A DNA stretch of 58,878 nucleotides, from positions 1-58,878 of the forward strand of contig JACRCK010000092.1 in assembly GCA_016219065.1 (NCBI GenBank), read 5' to 3'. This DNA comes from Deltaproteobacteria bacterium. Its GTDB lineage: Bacteria; Desulfobacterota; RBG-13-43-22. Position numbers and translations under genes: made by a program. The notes beneath the pieces are model-generated. The model was not told the DNA's origin, searched no databases, and was given only the letters and a program-made list of their open reading frames with translations. Positions 29,949-38,641 of this stretch are shown here, piece after piece. Positions within the stretch are counted from its first letter, which is position 1. The number at the start of each line of letters is the position of its first letter.

Positions 29949-30791
29949 ATGAAAGTTCGGGTATTGCTGGCTGTCCTGTTTATCCATTTAGCTCTGACTA
30001 TGGCCTGGGCCGACGCCCCGGGGAGCACCGCTTCCGGGACCGCCCAGCCTGCCTTGCAAAAGATCCTGCAGAAAAACGAACTGGTGGTGGGGATGACCGG
30101 CAAGCAGCCCCCGCTCAACCTGAAAAATCAGGAGGGGGAACTCATCGGCCTCGAACCCGATCTGGCCCGGGCCATGGCGGGGGCCATGGGGGTGCGCTTA
30201 AAAATCGAGTTGCTGGATTTTTTCGAGCTTTTCCCGGCCCTGGAATCCGGGCGGCTGGACATGATCATTTCCGGCATGACCATGACCGCGAAGCGCAATA
30301 CGAAAATGGCCTTTGTCGGACCGTACTTCGTCACCGGCAAGTCCCTCCTGACCAAAACCGATCATATCTCCCAATGCCAGGAACTCTGCGATATCGACAG
30401 TCCACAAACCTCCCTGACCTTCCTGAAAGGCTCCACCGGTCAGTTTTTTGCCGAAAAGATGATCCCCAAAGCCCGGATGATCCCGGCGCGGGATTACGAG
30501 GAAGCCGTCCGCCTGGTGTTGGAGGGCAAAGCCGATGCCCTGATCGCCGATTTTTTGACCTGCGTTTTGGCCATAAACCGCCATCCCAACCAGGGGCTGC
30601 TGACTTCAAAAATGTTCACCTTTGAGCCGCTGGGAATCGCCCTTCCGGGAACGGACCCCCTGTTGATCAACTGGACTGAAAATTTTCTGAAGACCCTGCA
30701 GGCCACGGGTGAATTGAAAAAGCTGTCCGAGTCCTGGATCAAGAACGAAAAGTGGCTGAAGGAAAAAGTCGAACAGAGCTTTGATCTTTAA
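29949..30791 (+). CDS. Family 3 (amino-acid type) substrate-binding protein
   Basis: 280 aa with a signal peptide and LVVGMTGKQPPLNLKNQEGELIGLEPDLARAMA...DMIISGMTMTAKR. Confidence 0.85.
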   Translation: MKVRVLLAVLFIHLALTMAWADAPGSTASGTAQPALQKILQKNELVVGMTGKQPPLNLKNQEGELIGLEPDLARAMAGAMGVRLKIELLDFFELFPALESGRLDMIISGMTMTAKRNTKMAFVGPYFVTGKSLLTKTDHISQCQELCDIDSPQTSLTFLKGSTGQFFAEKMIPKARMIPARDYEEAVRLVLEGKADALIADFLTCVLAINRHPNQGLLTSKMFTFEPLGIALPGTDPLLINWTENFLKTLQATGELKKLSESWIKNEKWLKEKVEQSFDL

Positions 30792-30867
30792 AAGGACACC
30801 CGGGGCCGGATCTGGAAAACCAAGAGTTTTCAGATCAACGTTCGCTTCGATGATCTCCCCAAAATTC

Positions 30868-30953
30868 GTCATTGCGAGCGGAGCGAAGCAATCCCCCGGG
30901 CCCAGCTAGCTGATTCGTGGGGATTGCTTGGTCGCTTCACTCCTCGCCATGAC
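30868..30953. repeat. Family D inverted repeat, copy D2
   Basis: GTCATTGCGAGCGGAGCGAAGCAATCCCC ... GGGGATTGCTTGGTCGCTTCACTCCTCGCCATGAC. It lies between convergent SBP and MATE genes. Confidence 0.9.
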
Positions 30954-30994
30954 GATCCGGGAGACTTTTTGCGGAGCCATCCCTTTGCTGATCC

Positions 30995-32368
30995 TCATCC
31001 TTTTCCCGCCGTCTTCCAGTTTCCCGCCTTGAACCGCCAGGCCATGAGCCCCCCCTGGATGATCATGGACAGGGTCATGGCCCACCAGATCCCGGAAGGC
31101 CCCAGCGCCAGATGAAAGGCCAGGACCCAGGCCAAGGGGAGACGGATCAGCCACATGGCCGTGGACACCACGTAGAGCGGAGTTCGGGTGGCGCCGGCCC
31201 CCATCAGGCCGCCGGCCAGGGCCAGGCTGACGGCCATGAAGGGTTCGGCCAGCATATTGATTTTCAGATAATTTACGGTTTCCCGGAAGACGACCGGGTC
31301 GGTCGTCAAAAATCCAGCCAACGTCGTCGACCAGCCATAGATGATCGCGGCCAGCAGCCCCAAAACCAGCGCCCCGATGCCGGCGGTCTGCCAGCCCAGC
31401 CGGGCCGCCCGGTCGGTCAATCCCGCACCCAGATTCTGGCCCACCATTACGGAGGCCGCCATCTGCAAGGCAAAGGCCGGGAGGTAGATAATGGCCTCCA
31501 ACCGGAGCCCGTTGGAAAAGGCCGCCAGGGCGGCGATGCTCTCCCGGCCGAAGCCCCCCAGCAGATTGTAAAGCACCACGCTGCCGGCATTCCAGGATAG
31601 CTGCAGGAGGGCCGCCGGCCAACTGCGGAAAAACAGGACCCGAAGATAGCCCCAGTCGAGACGAAAGGGGGGCCGGAAAACCGCTCGCCAGGACGGGGTC
31701 AATAACTGGAAAAGGGTAATCAGGGTGCCCACCAGGAAGGAAATCGCCGTGGCCAGGGCAATCCCCGGGTAACCCATCTCCGGCAGGGGGCCGTACCCGA
31801 AAACCAATCCAAACTCCAGCAGAATATTCAAACCGCTGACGACGGTCATGACCAGGAGCGGCTTCTGGGGCTCACCGCGGGCCCGGAAGACGGCTCCCGA
31901 GATGATCAGAAAATAATTGGGGCCCAGGGCCAGGGCAAAAATCCGCAGGAAGGCGGTGCCGACGGCCTGGATTTCTCCGGGGAAACCGCTGACCCGCACA
32001 ATCCAGGCCGGGGCTCCAATACCCCCCAGGCTCAAGACGGCGGCGGTCAAGATCCCGAAAAGGAGGGACTGCCTGGCCATATGGATCAGATCCCCCGTCT
32101 GGTCGGCCCCACTGGCCTGGGAAACAAGGGAAACCGTACCGATTCCGATGGCGTTGGCCAGGATGATCAACAGGAAATAGAGCTGGGCGATAAAGCCGAT
32201 GGCGGCCTGGATTTCGGAGCCGATCAGCCCCGCCACATAGACGTCGGTCACCCCGACCAGGAAATTGAACACCATGATCAGCAGCATGGGCCAGGCGTTT
32301 TGCCAGATGCTCCGATAAGGATTTCCGGTCAGGGTGGTCTGTAAGGTGGAATTGGGAACGAAAGACAT
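30995..32368 (-). CDS. MATE family efflux transporter
   Basis: 457 aa with 12 TM segments and WPMLLIMVFNFLVGVTDVYVAG. Confidence 0.9.
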   Translation of the reverse strand: MSFVPNSTLQTTLTGNPYRSIWQNAWPMLLIMVFNFLVGVTDVYVAGLIGSEIQAAIGFIAQLYFLLIILANAIGIGTVSLVSQASGADQTGDLIHMARQSLLFGILTAAVLSLGGIGAPAWIVRVSGFPGEIQAVGTAFLRIFALALGPNYFLIISGAVFRARGEPQKPLLVMTVVSGLNILLEFGLVFGYGPLPEMGYPGIALATAISFLVGTLITLFQLLTPSWRAVFRPPFRLDWGYLRVLFFRSWPAALLQLSWNAGSVVLYNLLGGFGRESIAALAAFSNGLRLEAIIYLPAFALQMAASVMVGQNLGAGLTDRAARLGWQTAGIGALVLGLLAAIIYGWSTTLAGFLTTDPVVFRETVNYLKINMLAEPFMAVSLALAGGLMGAGATRTPLYVVSTAMWLIRLPLAWVLAFHLALGPSGIWWAMTLSMIIQGGLMAWRFKAGNWKTAGKG

Positions 32369-32478
32369 GGTGAATAATTTTTATTGGCATCATCCCGGTT
32401 GACTTTCGTCATCCGGGAATTAATAATATTTTTTTATATTGTTATAGCTTTCCCCAACCCATTGCACAAGGAGGATTT

Positions 32479-33189
32479 ATGAAAACCAGAACTGCCGTCT
32501 TATTGTTTGCCCTGCTATGGCTGTCGGCTGTCGTGATCATGGGGACCGGTCTTTCGTCCTGGGCCGCCACTCCGGCCTTAGAGGCCAAAAAAGTGGTGGA
32601 GGCCAGCCGCATGACCCTGGAAACTTTTATGGCCGATCCCTCCAACAAGGAATTCCAGAACCTGATCAAAAAGGCTGAGGGGATCTACATCACTCCCGCC
32701 CTGCTCAAGGGAGCTTTTGTGGTGGGCGTCTCCGGCGGAAACGGAGTGTTCCTGGTCAAGAATAAGGATACGGGGAAGTGGCTGGGGCCGGCCTTTTACA
32801 CCCTGGGCGGGGCCAGCTTCGGTCTCCAGGCCGGGGGAGAGGCTTCGGAGGTGGTGCTCCTGATCATGACTGAACGAGGCGTGAAAGCCTTCATGAAAAG
32901 CAACTTCAAGCTGGGTGCCGACGTCGGGATAGCCGCCGGACCGGTGGGCGCCGGGGTGGCGGCCGAGACCGCCAACCTCAGCGCGGACATTCTCAGCTTT
33001 TCGAGGTCCAAGGGTCTCTTCGGGGGTCTTTCCCTGGAAGGAGCGGTCATGAAAGTACGGGGCGGCTACAATGAGGCCTATTATAGCAAAAAGCTTTCCC
33101 CCTCCCAGATCCTGCTCGGCGGCCGGGCGGTCAATCCCCATGCCGCCGGATTGGTGGAGGAAGTCACCAAGGCGACCGGAGGGAAATAG
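32479..33189 (+). CDS. SYLF (Ysc84/DUF500) lipid-binding domain protein, secreted
   Basis: 236 aa with a signal peptide and GGASFGLQAGGEASEVVLLIMTERGV...DILSFSRSKGLFGGLSLEG. Confidence 0.85.
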   Translation: MKTRTAVLLFALLWLSAVVIMGTGLSSWAATPALEAKKVVEASRMTLETFMADPSNKEFQNLIKKAEGIYITPALLKGAFVVGVSGGNGVFLVKNKDTGKWLGPAFYTLGGASFGLQAGGEASEVVLLIMTERGVKAFMKSNFKLGADVGIAAGPVGAGVAAETANLSADILSFSRSKGLFGGLSLEGAVMKVRGGYNEAYYSKKLSPSQILLGGRAVNPHAAGLVEEVTKATGGK

Positions 33190-33210
33190 GTACCAGCCAA
33201 ACATGAACCT

Positions 33211-33293
33211 ATTGGAGTATTGGAGTGGTGGAGTATTGGAGTATTGTTTTTAAGATCATTACTCCATTCCTCCAGTACTCCAACACTCCAGTA
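33211..33293. repeat. Family B long imperfect palindrome built from 8-nt units (TAWTGGAG), copy B1
   Basis: Left arm ATTGGAGTATTGGAGTGGTGGAGTATTGGAGTATTG and right arm ATTACTCCATTCCTCCAGTACTCCAACACTCCAGTA. It lies between convergent SYLF and HD genes. Confidence 0.9.
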
Positions 33294-33300
33294 TAAAAAC

Positions 33301-33867
33301 CTACATCCCCAACTCATCGCTGATCGCTTGCATGGCACCTACGGCGATTTCGGCGAATTCCGCCAGCGGTATCCCGATCATTTCGCATTCCCGGATGATT
33401 TCCCGGTTGACCGAAGCCGCGAAGGCCTTCTCCTTCATCCGCTTCACTACGGATTTGGGTTTGACGGCGGCCAGTTTCTTTTCCGGCTGAACCAGGGCCG
33501 TGGCCGTAATCAAACCGGTGATGGTCTCCCCGGCGGCCAGGGCATGGTGAAACGGAAGGCAGCGTTTTTCCCCGCAGGCCTGTTCGTTGTGGAGCTTGAT
33601 CGCTTCCACGATCTCCGGGTCCAGCCCTTGTTCATTCAAGATGCGGACGCTTGCCATTCCGTGGACGGCCAGATCGGCGTTGGTCAGCTCCACATCCAGG
33701 TCGTGGAGCAGCCCGGCCATAGCCCACTGTTCCCGATCCTCCCCCAGCCGTACCGCCAGGGCGCCGAGCACCGCTTCGGAGGCCAGGCAATGCTTGATCA
33801 TATTGGGGTTTTTGATATGGCGCTGCAATAAATCCAGGGCCCGGTCACGGGAAATTCCGGTGGCCAT
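33301..33867 (-). CDS. HD domain metal-dependent phosphohydrolase
   Basis: 188 aa with IKHCLASEAVL...AGLLHDLD (H..HD motif). The start abuts the stop of the upstream gene (0 nt gap). Confidence 0.85.
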   Translation of the reverse strand: MATGISRDRALDLLQRHIKNPNMIKHCLASEAVLGALAVRLGEDREQWAMAGLLHDLDVELTNADLAVHGMASVRILNEQGLDPEIVEAIKLHNEQACGEKRCLPFHHALAAGETITGLITATALVQPEKKLAAVKPKSVVKRMKEKAFAASVNREIIRECEMIGIPLAEFAEIAVGAMQAISDELGM

Positions 33868-34101
33868 TTATTCTGCTCCTGATCCTTCCGTTTTATCCGC
33901 TTCCAGGGCTTCCCGGACCAGGTCCCGCAGACAAGCCGGCAAGCGCTTCAAGACCGGGTCCTGTTCCCGATTCTTGTGGCTCACAATACATTGGCAACAG
34001 GCTCCGTGCTGAAGGCATTCCTGTTTCGGGCAGGGACAATAGGCATTGATCCGTTCCCGGCCCGGGCAGTCGCGGGGTTCGCTCAAATTCATCTTTTTCA
34101 C
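33868..34101 (-). CDS. Small Cys-rich protein (DUF6485-like)
   Basis: 77 aa with CPGRERINAYCPCPKQECLQHGACCQCIVSH...LPAC. Family name is from memory only. Confidence 0.55.
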   Translation of the reverse strand: MKKMNLSEPRDCPGRERINAYCPCPKQECLQHGACCQCIVSHKNREQDPVLKRLPACLRDLVREALEADKTEGSGAE

Positions 34102-34144
34102 CTCTTAATAATATTTCCAGATTTTGTTCAAACTCATGTCGGTA

Positions 34145-34217
34145 TATTGGAGTAATGGAGTATTGGAGTATTGCTTTGAACCCATTACTCCAGCACTCCA
34201 TTACTCCAGCACTCCAG
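34145..34217. repeat. Family B palindrome, copy B2
   Basis: TATTGGAGTAATGGAGTATTGGAGTATTG ... ATTACTCCAGCACTCCATTACTCCAGCACTCCAG. It lies between phoU and the Cys-rich gene, which are on the same strand. Confidence 0.9.
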
Positions 34218-34229
34218 TTATAAAAGGTT

Positions 34230-34892
34230 TTAATGGTTCAACGGATGGGTGTGGCGGATGAACTTACCTTCCACCATGTAAATGACCATCTCGGCGATAT
34301 TGGTCGAATGGTCGGCCATGCGTTCCAGGTGCTTGGCCACGTAGCTGATCTTGACCGCCCGGGAGACGGTGGTGGGTTCCTTGATCATGAAGAACAACAG
34401 CTCGTTGAATATCTGCTCGGCCAGCAGGTCCACTTTCTTGTCCCGCTTGATGACATCGTAAGCCAGGTCCGTATCGGGCCGGGTAAAAGCCTCCAGGGCA
34501 TCGATCACCATCCCCCGGACGGTCTCGGCCATCAGAGGGACATCGATATAAGGCTTCAACTGGGGTTCGGTATTCAAATCCAAGGCCAGCTTGCTGATCG
34601 ATTCCGCAAAGTCTCCGATCCGCTCCAGGTCGGTGGTGATCTTCATGGCGGTGGTGACGAACCGCAGGTCCGCCCCCACCGGTTGCCGGAGGGCCAGGAC
34701 CCGGATACATTCTTCATCGATCTCCACGTCAAAGGCATTGATCACCCGGTCACCCTCGATAACCTGTTCGGCCAGCCGGTTGTCCCGTTCCACCAGGGCT
34801 TTGATAGCCAGGCCGATGGCCTCTTCCACCAGCGAACCCATTTTGAGGATTTTGACTTTCAGGTCCCGCAGCTCTTCTACCATCGGTTTCAT
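34230..34892 (-). CDS. phoU: PhoU family protein
   Basis: 220 aa with two PhoU repeats (DLERIGDFAESI and HLERMADHSTNIAE). The ATG overlaps the stop of the upstream radical SAM gene (ATGA). Confidence 0.9.
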   Translation of the reverse strand: MKPMVEELRDLKVKILKMGSLVEEAIGLAIKALVERDNRLAEQVIEGDRVINAFDVEIDEECIRVLALRQPVGADLRFVTTAMKITTDLERIGDFAESISKLALDLNTEPQLKPYIDVPLMAETVRGMVIDALEAFTRPDTDLAYDVIKRDKKVDLLAEQIFNELLFFMIKEPTTVSRAVKISYVAKHLERMADHSTNIAEMVIYMVEGKFIRHTHPLNH

Positions 34893-36286
34893 GCTGTTGC
34901 GCCTCCTCGTTTTCTTTTCTTAGGCCGCAGGTAAGTCCATAAAGGCCCGGTAAAGCCCAGTTGGTGCATTTTCAAGGTGTCCCCGGGGAAGCGGTCGATG
35001 CCCAGGCCGGGGAACACCCAGTTGGGATGATTTTCGGAAAAAGCCCGCAGCCGATCTTCCAGGGAATCCCGGACGGCCTGCGCCACATAAAAAACGGGCC
35101 CCAAAGGATCCCATTTGTCAGGTAAAAGACCTTCCTCCCAGGAGATCTGCGCCAGCCGGGTGCCTGGAAAAATCCGGATCCCGGTCATGCAGATCACCGC
35201 CGTGGGCCGCAGGGCCTCCACCTCGGCCAGGGTCTCCTCCACGGTAGCGGCGGTTTCTCCGGGGCCCCCGAGCAGCAGGCTGAAGCAGAAGGGGATCTCC
35301 CTTTCCCGGCAGATGCGGGCCGCTTCCCGGATCTGATCCAGCGAGAAGTTCTTGCCCATCCGCAGCAACTGGGCGGCGCTGGCCGTATCCAGGCCGAATT
35401 CCAGGGCCCCACACCCCGAGGCCTTCATGACTTCACCCAGGGAATCGGTCATGAAGCCGGGGTTCACGTAAGCCGTCCAACGGATCGGCAGCCGTTCCCG
35501 GATGATCTCCCGGCAGAGTTCCCCGGCCTGTTCCACCGGAAAATTGAAATTATTGTCCACAAAAAAAATATAGTCCAGCCCTTGATCGACCAGCTTTTTG
35601 ATTTCCCCGATCACCCCGGCCGGCTGGCGGACCCGGACCGCGCGGCCTTCGATCAGGGGATAGGTACAATAAATACAGGTGAAGGGACAGCCGCGCTTGG
35701 TCTGCACATTGGCCAGGGCCCCCTGCTTCCGGTAAAAAACGGCGTCGAATAATTTCCGGTCCGGCCAGGGCTGCCGGTTCACGTCCACAGCCGCCCCCCG
35801 CTGCAGCGCCCCGCCGGCAGGCCCCGAACCGTTCAGGAAGGGGGCGCCCTTCTCCGGCGGCCCCGGGAAAAGCCTGGCCAGGAGATCGACCAGGGCCTGT
35901 TCCCCTTCCCCGATGATCCCGTAATCGGCGGCCAGGTATTGCAACACCCGATCCGGCAGCAGCGTGAAACCCGCCCCCCCGAGAACAATCGGGGCGCTGC
36001 TCCGGCCGCGGCAAACCTGAACGACTTCCTTGATGAAGGGCAGATATTCGATCGACCGGGGATAACTGACGTTGTCCAGGTTGCGGATGGAGAGCCCGAT
36101 GCAGTCGGGCCGGAAGGAATCCAGGTCCTGCTCCAGGACCGCCCGCCAGTCCGGATGAAAACAGAGGTCGGTTCCCTTGACCGTCAGACCCCGGGATTCC
36201 AGTACGGCGGCCAGGGCGGCCAGTCCCAGGGGAAATACCGCGTCCGGGCTCACTTCCCGGTTGGGTGAAACCAATAAAACCCGCAT
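34889..36286 (-). CDS. B12-binding domain radical SAM protein
   Basis: Start taken at MRVLLVSPN (internal Met of ORF 34889..36460, 2 nt after the cupin stop). N-terminal B12-binding fold, then CPFTCIYCTY (CxxxCxxC). Confidence 0.9.
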   Translation of the reverse strand: MRVLLVSPNREVSPDAVFPLGLAALAAVLESRGLTVKGTDLCFHPDWRAVLEQDLDSFRPDCIGLSIRNLDNVSYPRSIEYLPFIKEVVQVCRGRSSAPIVLGGAGFTLLPDRVLQYLAADYGIIGEGEQALVDLLARLFPGPPEKGAPFLNGSGPAGGALQRGAAVDVNRQPWPDRKLFDAVFYRKQGALANVQTKRGCPFTCIYCTYPLIEGRAVRVRQPAGVIGEIKKLVDQGLDYIFFVDNNFNFPVEQAGELCREIIRERLPIRWTAYVNPGFMTDSLGEVMKASGCGALEFGLDTASAAQLLRMGKNFSLDQIREAARICREREIPFCFSLLLGGPGETAATVEETLAEVEALRPTAVICMTGIRIFPGTRLAQISWEEGLLPDKWDPLGPVFYVAQAVRDSLEDRLRAFSENHPNWVFPGLGIDRFPGDTLKMHQLGFTGPLWTYLRPKKRKRGGATA

Positions 36287-36288
36287 GG

Positions 36289-36609
36289 TCAGGCGGCCGC
36301 CGGGGGTTTGGCCGATACGTCCAGGATCCGGACCGGACCGTTTTCCGTCGACCAGCCGTGCAGAACCCCGGCGGGTACGAAATACCCCTGGCCCGGCCCC
36401 AAGGTCCGGCTCTCCTCCCCGATGGTCATCGAAAAGGAGCCCTCCAGCACCAGCCCGCACTGCTCGAAAGGATGGGCGTGGCCGGCATCGGCTTTCCCCC
36501 CGTCGATGTGCATCACCGCCAGGATGATCTGTTCGCCGAAATGGGCCACGCTTTTGATCCCGGGCCTGAAATCCCGGAGAGCCAGGTGGTCAAAATCAAA
36601 ATAGGGCAT
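36289..36609 (-). CDS. Cupin domain protein
   Basis: 106 aa with GHAHPFEQCGLVLEG...GYFVPAGVLHG. GGAGG lies 5 nt upstream of the ATG. Confidence 0.85.
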   Translation of the reverse strand: MPYFDFDHLALRDFRPGIKSVAHFGEQIILAVMHIDGGKADAGHAHPFEQCGLVLEGSFSMTIGEESRTLGPGQGYFVPAGVLHGWSTENGPVRILDVSAKPPAAA

Positions 36610-36626
36610 GGGACCCTCCCGCGAAT

Positions 36627-36803
36627 TTATAACCGGTCCACCGGTATCCAGGCCAGCAGTTCCTCCAGGTCATCATCCAGAAGCCCGGCCAACTCCGCCA
36701 ATTTAAACTGCCGCCCGCACCCCGGGCAAGTAAAATAAATCTCTCTTCAGGTCCGGAACAATTGCAGAGCAGCCCGGCAATCCGGACAGGTAATCCCTTT
36801 CAT
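36627..36803 (-). CDS. Small zinc-ribbon-like ORF with an in-frame UGA (candidate selenoprotein or nonsense-disrupted gene)
   Basis: Manual translation: MKGITCPDCRAALQLFRT-UGA-REIYFTCPGCGRQFKLAELAGLLDDDLEELLAWIPVDRL-TAA. The two CPxC knuckles lie on either side of the UGA (36747-36749) in the same frame. No clear SD sequence. Confidence 0.4.
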
Positions 36804-36933
36804 AGGGGTACGATATGCGCCCGAGGTAAGGCTTGTCAATCTTTTTACCCCCCCTCGGGGGGGATATCCCTTTTTCCTACAAGTTTTTAAGATTGATTTT
36901 ACAGGAATTCTTTGGTATTGAGAAAGAAAGGAG

Positions 36934-38544
36934 ATGCCTGCCATCAGGGGAAAAACAACCAAAAAAACCTGGTCCCTCTCCCGGGAAGACCTGGCTCACT
37001 TGCGGGCCTTGGGGATTTCCAAGACTCGGACTTTGCAGCAGATTGCCCTGCTGCAAAAAGCCGGGCATCACCGGAAACTGGACCGGCCCTGCCTCGTGGG
37101 GGACGGCATTCACCGGATCTCCCGGACCGAAGCCCGATCGCTGATCCCCGTTCAGGAGGCCGGCGCCTCTGCCGGAAGGTTCCTCAAGTTTGTCCCTGCC
37201 TCCGGAGCGGCCAGCCGGATGTTTGAGTCCCTTTTGCATTACCACCGCCAGTCGGAGGTGTCCCAGATACACCAAATCCGGGAGCGGGCTCGGCAGGGCG
37301 GGCCGCGGGCTAGGGCGCTCCTCTATTTTCTGGAGGAATGGCGGTGCTTCCCCTTTTCGGAGGCCCTGCGGGCCAGAATCCTGGCGGAAGGTCTGAAGCC
37401 CGGCCCCCTGACCAAAGGGGACCGCTGGCGGACGATGTTAGATCTGCTCTTGACCGGGCGGGGTTTGAATTACCAGGTCCTACCCAAGGCCCTGATGACC
37501 TTTCATCGTTATCCCGACGGCTGCCGTTCGGCCCTGGAGGAACACCTGGTCGAAGCCGCCGCCACCATCCGAGACGAAAAGGGCCGCTCCCACCTTCATT
37601 TTACCATCTCCCCGGAACACGAGGACCTCTTTCGGGAACATCTTTCTGCGGTGAAACCCAAACACGAGGAACAATTCGGTGCCCGTTTCGAAATCAGCTA
37701 TTCGCACCAACACCGTTCGACGGACACTATCGCCCTGGACCTGGAAGGGCGGCCCCTGCGGGATGCCGGCGGACGCCTGTATTTACGCCCGGGGGGGCAC
37801 GGCGCCTTGTTGGTCAATCTGCACCGCCTGGGGGGCGACCTGGTCTATATCAAAAACATCGACAACGTCGTTCCGGATCATTTAAAGGCGGCGACCATTG
37901 ACTGGAAGAAGATATTAGGCGGCTACCTGATTCAGACTCAAAGACGGGTCAACCGGCAGTTGGAAAAGCTTCAGAAAAAAAGGCTCACTAAAAAGGATTT
38001 GGAAACGGGACTGGATTTTCTGCGGGAGGTCTTGGCTGTTTCCGAACCACAGGGATTCTGGAAGTGGCCTGCGGAACTCCGGCGGGAATTCCTCCTCCAA
38101 AAATTAAACCGTCCCTTGCGGGTCTGCGGCGTGGTGAAGAACCAGGGGGAAACGGGCGGCGGCCCTTTCTGGGTCAGGGGCCGGGACGGTAACCTGACCC
38201 GGCAGATTGTGGAAAGCGTCCAGGTGGACTTGGAATCCGAGGAACAGCAGGAGATCTGGTCCCGAGCCACCCATTTCAATCCCGTGGACCTGGTCTGTTC
38301 GCTGCGGGACTTTCAGGGTCGCCCCTTCGATTTAAGGCGCTACGTCGACCCCGAGGCCGTCTTCATCAGCCGTAAATCCCAAAACGGCCTGGCCCTCCGG
38401 GCCCTGGAACTCCCCGGCCTCTGGAACGGGGCCATGGCCGACTGGATTACCATCTTCCTGGAAGTGCCCCTGGAAACCTTCAACCCGGTGAAAACCATCC
38501 TGGACCTGCTCAGGCCCGAGCATCAACCCCCGGAAAAATGTTAA
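36934..38544 (+). CDS. DUF4301 family protein (nucleotidyltransferase-like)
   Basis: 536 aa with FLKFVPASGAASRMF and LRPGGHGALL. Family name is recalled from motif memory. Confidence 0.6.
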   Translation: MPAIRGKTTKKTWSLSREDLAHLRALGISKTRTLQQIALLQKAGHHRKLDRPCLVGDGIHRISRTEARSLIPVQEAGASAGRFLKFVPASGAASRMFESLLHYHRQSEVSQIHQIRERARQGGPRARALLYFLEEWRCFPFSEALRARILAEGLKPGPLTKGDRWRTMLDLLLTGRGLNYQVLPKALMTFHRYPDGCRSALEEHLVEAAATIRDEKGRSHLHFTISPEHEDLFREHLSAVKPKHEEQFGARFEISYSHQHRSTDTIALDLEGRPLRDAGGRLYLRPGGHGALLVNLHRLGGDLVYIKNIDNVVPDHLKAATIDWKKILGGYLIQTQRRVNRQLEKLQKKRLTKKDLETGLDFLREVLAVSEPQGFWKWPAELRREFLLQKLNRPLRVCGVVKNQGETGGGPFWVRGRDGNLTRQIVESVQVDLESEEQQEIWSRATHFNPVDLVCSLRDFQGRPFDLRRYVDPEAVFISRKSQNGLALRALELPGLWNGAMADWITIFLEVPLETFNPVKTILDLLRPEHQPPEKC

Positions 38545-38553
38545 TCCCAGTGG

Positions 38554-38631
38554 CTGGAGTATTGGAGTATTGGAGCGATGGAGTAATGGCGTTTGAGGCA
38601 ATACTCCAGCACTCCAGCACTCCAGCACTCC
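38554..38631. repeat. Family B palindrome, copy B3
   Basis: CTGGAGTATTGGAGTATTGGAGCGATGGAGTAATGG ... CAATACTCCAGCACTCCAGCACTCCAGCACTCC. It lies between convergent DUF4301 and GGDEF genes. Confidence 0.9.
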
Positions 38632-38641
38632 CTTTTTAAAA

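Noticed and set aside
34889-36460. Full 523-aa extent of the radical SAM ORF
   Set aside because: The first 58 codons overlap the cupin gene and are Gly/Arg-rich. The conserved B12-binding fold starts at the internal Met (36286), 2 nt after the cupin stop.
36747-36962. 71-aa minus ORF as listed in the track
   Set aside because: Only its last 18 codons look genuine (the first Zn knuckle). The upstream 53 codons run through the divergent promoter region and overlap the DUF4301 start. It is replaced by the read-through model 36627..36803.
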